From an uncultured virus (IMG/VR IMGVR_UViG_3300027971_000050) (taxonomy: Duplodnaviria; Heunggongvirae; Uroviricota; Caudoviricetes), in the IMG/VR virus record IMGVR_UViG_3300027971_000050: 20,000 nt of DNA. One strand, given 5' to 3'. Of the stretch, positions 16,255 to 20,000 are shown in pieces. Below the pieces are notes generated by a model. It did no database searches, was not told the origin of the DNA, and saw nothing but the letters and a program-made list of their open reading frames with translations. The translations under genes were made by a program, and so were the position numbers. The stretch's first letter is position 1; each line of letters begins with the position of its first letter.

Positions 16255-17183
16255 CAGCCACCCCCAATAAACATCTGTCTAGGCACGAGGCGCAACGCGG
16301 CGCGTTCCTGATCTTCGTCAGCCGCAGTCATCCAAGCCTCGTCATATTGCGCTTTCAGCACTTGCAACCGTTCCATGCCACCGGGCACTTTTAAAGCCAC
16401 GTAGTAGGCCAATCCAGCCACCATACAAGGCACAAAACGGAACGGCACGTCCATGACATTTACACCATTACCGGCATCTTGCACGCGACGCATGCGCCAG
16501 TACACAAACTGATAGGTCTGGGAGCCATCAGGCGTTGGCCAAACGGTTATTCGGGGGAGGTTGGGGACGTATACAGCTACACCAGCGGTGTGGGCTGCGG
16601 CAGTCGTGTTGTTCTGAGCGCGGAAACACCCACCCAAACTGTTGCCGTCTACGTACGTGTAGTAAATTGTCTCGCTGTCCAACGTAATATAGCCTGATGT
16701 GGCCAAACCAACTGTGCTGGATAGGGTGATTGTGGTGGCTGTAGACGTAATGGTGGTTGCTAAAGTTACGTTAGCAGGAGCGTTCTGGCCGTCCAGACGT
16801 TGATACCAAACCTGAATTGGTCTGGCTTGAGTTAACTTGTTGGGGATCGTAGCGTAGGTAGACACGCTGATGCGTGTGATTGTCAAATCAGACTGGGTGG
16901 AAGCCACATTTGCGTTGGTTCGGATCACATGATCCAGCAAATCCACCGTGTCGGTGGGGATGGCGTACGTATTTAATCCTTGGGTAAAAGTAATCGTACC
17001 CTGCTCAAACGTCCACATGTTGATGCCGCGGTTTGCCCAGTCAGCAAACAGTAAGTTTAACGATCTCCGCGCCGTTTTAAGGTCATAACCAGTACGCAAC
17101 TCTGAACCAGCACGCTCAAAAGCTTCCTCCACCAACTCGGTGAGGTCTAAATTAAAGCCTGTTGATCCAGAGGTGTTCGCCAT
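16254..17183 (-). CDS. Head-tail adaptor/neck protein with an inserted beta domain
   Basis: 309 aa, FNLD..E.VEEAFER.G..RTGYDL.TARRSLNLL..WANRG.N.W..WPTPD..P.RF..C..AGLAYY. Helical termini with a beta core, as in podoviral adaptors. Confidence 0.7.
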   Translation of the reverse strand: MANTSGSTGFNLDLTELVEEAFERAGSELRTGYDLKTARRSLNLLFADWANRGINMWTFEQGTITFTQGLNTYAIPTDTVDLLDHVIRTNANVASTQSDLTITRISVSTYATIPNKLTQARPIQVWYQRLDGQNAPANVTLATTITSTATTITLSSTVGLATSGYITLDSETIYYTYVDGNSLGGCFRAQNNTTAAAHTAGVAVYVPNLPRITVWPTPDGSQTYQFVYWRMRRVQDAGNGVNVMDVPFRFVPCMVAGLAYYVALKVPGGMERLQVLKAQYDEAWMTAADEDQERAALRLVPRQMFIGGG

Positions 17184-17416
17184 TATCTAAATCCTGCCGT
17201 TTTCTTTGCTATGCCTTTAGGCTGTGCCACAAACTGCTTACCCGCTGCTTTACCTTTGCGCTTGGCCTTTGTTGTCGCCGCATATTCTGCGGAAGATAGA
17301 GATTTAATTGCCGCTTCTGGTAAGTATCTCTCACCAGTTTTAGAAGATGGCTTGCCTGATTTGGTACGCCACTTCTGGTCGCCCCAGTTTTTTAAAGACT
17401 GTTGCGGCGCTTTCAA
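17183..17416 (-). CDS. Small basic protein, C-terminal half of a DUF5872-like family (TTG start)
   Basis: 77 aa, QSL..W..QKWRTKSGKPS..GERYLP..A..AKR.G...GKQFV.QP. TTGA overlap with the upstream stop. Confidence 0.7.
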   Translation of the reverse strand: MKAPQQSLKNWGDQKWRTKSGKPSSKTGERYLPEAAIKSLSSAEYAATTKAKRKGKAAGKQFVAQPKGIAKKTAGFR

Positions 17417-17688
17417 TCTCTATATCCCCCACCCGCTGCCTTGTATTTCTTAGCAACAAGCTGTGCTTTCCTTGCTGACCACTGACCAGCACCTGTGCCC
17501 TGTGTTGCTGCGGCTTTGACCTGAGACACAATCTTCTTGCGAAGGCTTGGTTTTGTGTAGTTTCCCGCAGCATTGACACTTCCACCCTCTTTGAATTGGG
17601 TGAAATCGGTGTTGTCCCGGCGTGCTTTTCTTACGCCTTTGGGCATTTTTGAGGGGTTGATGTCCCCCATACCACGGGATGGTCTCAT
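17413..17688 (-). CDS. Small basic protein containing the N-terminal half of a DUF5872-like family
   Basis: 91 aa, FKEGG..NYTKP.LR..GQWSARKAQL...YK..GGGY. Confidence 0.7.
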   Translation of the reverse strand: MRPSRGMGDINPSKMPKGVRKARRDNTDFTQFKEGGSVNAAGNYTKPSLRKKIVSQVKAAATQGTGAGQWSARKAQLVAKKYKAAGGGYRD

Positions 17689-17691
17689 GAT

Positions 17692-18045
17692 TTAGCAGGC
17701 CATGCCGCCTTTTTTCATGCCCTTGTTACCGGACATGGTGATTTGCGTGCCTTTAGTTTTGCCTTTAGAAGCAACACCGTCAGCACGAGCTGAAGCGGAA
17801 CCACCAGCAGCCATCTTTTTCATTGGCATTTCTTTCTTGCCTTTTGCCATGTCTTTTTTCTTAGCGATCATTTCCATGAAAGGATTTGTTTTAGCCATAT
17901 CACCACCTCTTTTAAAAGTTTTGCCTTTGTCGGCAGTTGAAAAATCTTTGCCCACAGACTGTGGGACTCCGGCTTTCTTGGCAAACGATGGGTTGTGGGC
18001 CACCGCTTCCATGAAATTGTGTTGTTTTTTACTTGTGCTCGGCAT
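17692..18045 (-). CDS. Small Lys/Met-rich basic protein with three xxGG motifs
   Basis: 117 aa, MPSTSKKQHNFM..FKRGG..MAAGG..RADGVASKGKTKG..MKKGG. Confidence 0.75.
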   Translation of the reverse strand: MPSTSKKQHNFMEAVAHNPSFAKKAGVPQSVGKDFSTADKGKTFKRGGDMAKTNPFMEMIAKKKDMAKGKKEMPMKKMAAGGSASARADGVASKGKTKGTQITMSGNKGMKKGGMAC

Positions 18046-18284
18046 TATTTTCCCGCTTGAATAAGCTGGTCAATTTTTGCTTCAAGGCGGTTAAACCGCT
18101 GGTCAATGTGGTCAGTAACTCTTTGTACTTCTGAATTAGTTGCATAATCACGGGCCATCTCCTCACGGGTTGTGTTGAGCAAACGCTCAACTCGTTTGAC
18201 ATCCTCAAACTTCTCTTTGATAAAGAACCACAAAGCTCCCATCAAAACAGAAAGTCCAGCAGACCAGATAGTGTTTAAATCCAT
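18045..18284 (-). CDS. Small membrane-anchored coiled-coil protein (79 aa)
   Basis: Start placed at ATG 18284 (TAATG overlap). N-terminal TM IWSAGLSVLMGALWFFI followed by heptads ending RLEAKIDQL. Confidence 0.7.
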   Translation of the reverse strand: MDLNTIWSAGLSVLMGALWFFIKEKFEDVKRVERLLNTTREEMARDYATNSEVQRVTDHIDQRFNRLEAKIDQLIQAGK

Positions 18285-18607
18285 TACACAAACCTGCCTT
18301 TCGTTTTGCCTTTGGTGGCGCAACCATCGGCTTTGGTAACGTACCCACCATCAGCGCAGTTCCATGCTCTCAAGGACTTATTAATCCTCGAATCTGGATC
18401 CCTTGCTGTTTCGGCGCTCGTCAATTTCGCTTTCATCCCTTTCATACGGGCGCAAAAAGAGTCGCGGCGACTGCCGCCTTCCGGCTGTGGAGCTTTCAAC
18501 CCCGGTTTCCCGGGATTTGCTTTGTTGTAGGAAGCCCGTCCTTTGGCGTTCAAGCCGCCATTCGGGTTCTTGCCTTCTTTGCGTGTCCATGCTGCTGATT
18601 TTGCCAT
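18284..18607 (-). CDS. DUF6321-like basic phage protein
   Basis: 107 aa, AW.RKEGKNP.GGLNAKGRASY..RR.SFCARM.GMK.KLTS..DP.SRINKSLR.W.C, plus a CADGG..ADG.ATKGKTKG tail. Confidence 0.75.
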   Translation of the reverse strand: MAKSAAWTRKEGKNPNGGLNAKGRASYNKANPGKPGLKAPQPEGGSRRDSFCARMKGMKAKLTSAETARDPDSRINKSLRAWNCADGGYVTKADGCATKGKTKGRFV

Positions 18608-18616
18608 GATATGTTG

Positions 18617-18645
18617 ACTTTACTGTGTTTCTGTGGTTTTAGCAA
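18617..18645 (-). promoter_or_regulatory. Sigma70-like promoter: -35 TTGCTA, 17-bp spacer, -10 TAAAGT
   Basis: On the minus strand, -35 at 18645-18640 and -10 at 18622-18617. The ATG at 18607 follows 9 nt after the -10 with no SD. Confidence 0.5.
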
Positions 18646-18908
18646 TCCTCTGCGCCAGCGTATTGGGTAAAGCCTTTAAGAACGCCATAAATAGCAGGAA
18701 TTAAATCACCTTTTAAGTCCTCAATGGCAATGTAGTGGGCATCCTCACGAATGGTCTGCATATTGCCGTGTCTGGCATCTTCAGTTGCATGAATAGCTAC
18801 TTGCACTTGAATCTGGTCTTTTGTGCCGTAGAAATTGGTAATTCGGGCATAGGCGGTGCTTGTTGCCTGACCTGTGGTTGGATTGATTGCTGTGATTTTG
18901 AGTGCCAT
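18639..18908 (-). CDS. Small protein downstream of a tail fibre (chaperone-like)
   Basis: 89 aa with AAGGAG RBS, MAL..AYARI..Y..LK....A.DC. Confidence 0.6.
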   Translation of the reverse strand: MALKITAINPTTGQATSTAYARITNFYGTKDQIQVQVAIHATEDARHGNMQTIREDAHYIAIEDLKGDLIPAIYGVLKGFTQYAGAEDC

Positions 18909-18927
18909 TATTACTCCTTGTTGAAAA

Positions 18928-20000
18928 TTAGAATGTCATTTCTGTTGTGCGGATTTGTGCAACCCACCTGATTGTTGTTGATGCCGCACCTGTTACAGTT
19001 ATTTTTAACGCCGCATTCGTAGTATCTGCCGTTACCGCTACCGACCATGTTGATGCCCCCGCATCAGCATATAAAGATGTTACTGTAGGAGTGCCTACCA
19101 ATGCCGTAGATGCCGCAGTTGTGGCTCGTTTGATAACACCTTCAATAGACCAACCTTTTGTATCTCCAGCCGCAGTAACTCCAGCAATTACTTCACCTTT
19201 AAAAAAGTAAGCTGAATTTATAGGTAAAGCTATTTGATTTGTGGCGGCGGCGGCTACATTATTTGAAGTAATAACTGTGGCAGTAGCATCTGTTGTTTCT
19301 CTACCAAGAACTAGTAATGCGGTTTGAGAATTTCCTTGTACAGACGCAATTTGTGCGTTGCCACCAGCAGTAACAGTGTTTCCTATTATACTTCTTGTTG
19401 TTGCATATGTACCACCATAAACAGAAGTACTATTATTATTTGATAAATTATTAGACCCAGCTAAAATTGATGCATACAACCCACTTGCAGTATTAAGAAC
19501 CCCTGCACCTACAAAGGAACCAATTCCACTTGCAGTATTGCCAAAAACGGTAGTTGATGAATTAAAACCACCACCCACAACAACAGAGCCAATACCTGAT
19601 GCTACGTTTTTACTTCCACCACCAACAACACTCCAATCTCCCGATGCAGTATTTCTATTAGCCGCAGTACCCGCATCACCACCACCACCAATAAAACTGT
19701 AAGCACCAGTAGCTTGGTTGTTGCCACCACCGACTACTATGCCGTGAGGGGTGTAGAAACTGAGTGTGCTTGTAGATGAACCTGATGCGGCTTGACTTAA
19801 TGTTAGCGATGTTCCTGATATTGCGGCAACATAAGTTGCTGGAAATGTTGTAATGCTTGTGCCAGTAATTAATTGACCAACTTTAATTGAAGCATTTGAA
19901 CCAGACAAAGTAACAGCAGTTGTGCTGTTCATAGTGCCTGATTGCGTAGTTACTGCCGCAGTTGCAGTTCCACTATTTGTGTATCCAGTGCCAATAAAAG
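18928..20000 (-). CDS. Tail fibre/adhesin-like protein, C-terminal part (begins beyond the window's right edge)
   Basis: The frame stays open from 19932 to the window end (FIGTGYTNSGTATAAVTTQSGTM..). Contains repeated S.(V/I)GGG..N.ASG beta-roll repeats and a C-terminal ..TIRWVA domain. Confidence 0.8.
   Translation of the reverse strand, partial: FIGTGYTNSGTATAAVTTQSGTMNSTTAVTLSGSNASIKVGQLITGTSITTFPATYVAAISGTSLTLSQAASGSSTSTLSFYTPHGIVVGGGNNQATGAYSFIGGGGDAGTAANRNTASGDWSVVGGGSKNVASGIGSVVVGGGFNSSTTVFGNTASGIGSFVGAGVLNTASGLYASILAGSNNLSNNNSTSVYGGTYATTRSIIGNTVTAGGNAQIASVQGNSQTALLVLGRETTDATATVITSNNVAAAATNQIALPINSAYFFKGEVIAGVTAAGDTKGWSIEGVIKRATTAASTALVGTPTVTSLYADAGASTWSVAVTADTTNAALKITVTGAASTTIRWVAQIRTTEMTF

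Noticed and set aside
7951..18323. Longer ORF-track starts (8688, 14052, 15893, 18323; likewise 7129)
   Set aside because: They overlap upstream genes extensively. Downstream ATGs with an SD or TAATG coupling (8571, 14016, 15854, 18284; 7111) fit better.
166..19210. Numerous plus-strand ORFs in the track (e.g. 166..690, 1652..2359, 9553..10011, 17702..18064)
   Set aside because: All lie antisense to well-supported, tightly coupled minus-strand genes and show no recognisable motifs; they are shadow ORFs.
1..20000. Stop-codon reassignment or alternative genetic code
   Set aside because: Standard code 11 already gives near-complete coding density with coupled stops and starts.
1..20000. CRISPR array, tRNA or structured ncRNA, intrinsic terminators
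   Set aside because: Intergenic gaps are at most about 33 bp. No spaced direct repeats, cloverleaf or convincing GC hairpin plus U-tract was seen by eye.

Overview
The window is a densely packed, entirely minus-strand late (virion morphogenesis and lysis) region of a tailed dsDNA phage, most likely podovirus-like. In transcription order (right to left) it holds: a truncated tail-fibre gene and a chaperone; a cluster of small Lys/Gly-rich proteins (DUF6321-like, a split DUF5872-like pair); two head-tail adaptor-like genes flanking a CxxC zinc-finger gene; about eight modular tail-fibre genes, including a duplicated pair; a lysis cassette (two membrane proteins, holin, M15 peptidase endolysin); a tail nozzle gene; a needle/knob gene; and an ejection (DNA-transfer) module with a GNAT-like gene. 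Most notable: (i) a [MFYC]-x-x-G-G motif recurs about 11 times in the small basic proteins and ejection proteins, alongside a tape-measure-like 'xxGG..GPG..SD.IPA..EFV' domain, suggesting a shared processing or packaging signal; (ii) two matching sigma70-like promoters sit just ahead of these two modules; (iii) one gene apparently starts at ATT; (iv) beta-rich modules are nested inside the nozzle protein. All family assignments come from motif recognition by eye, not from database searches.
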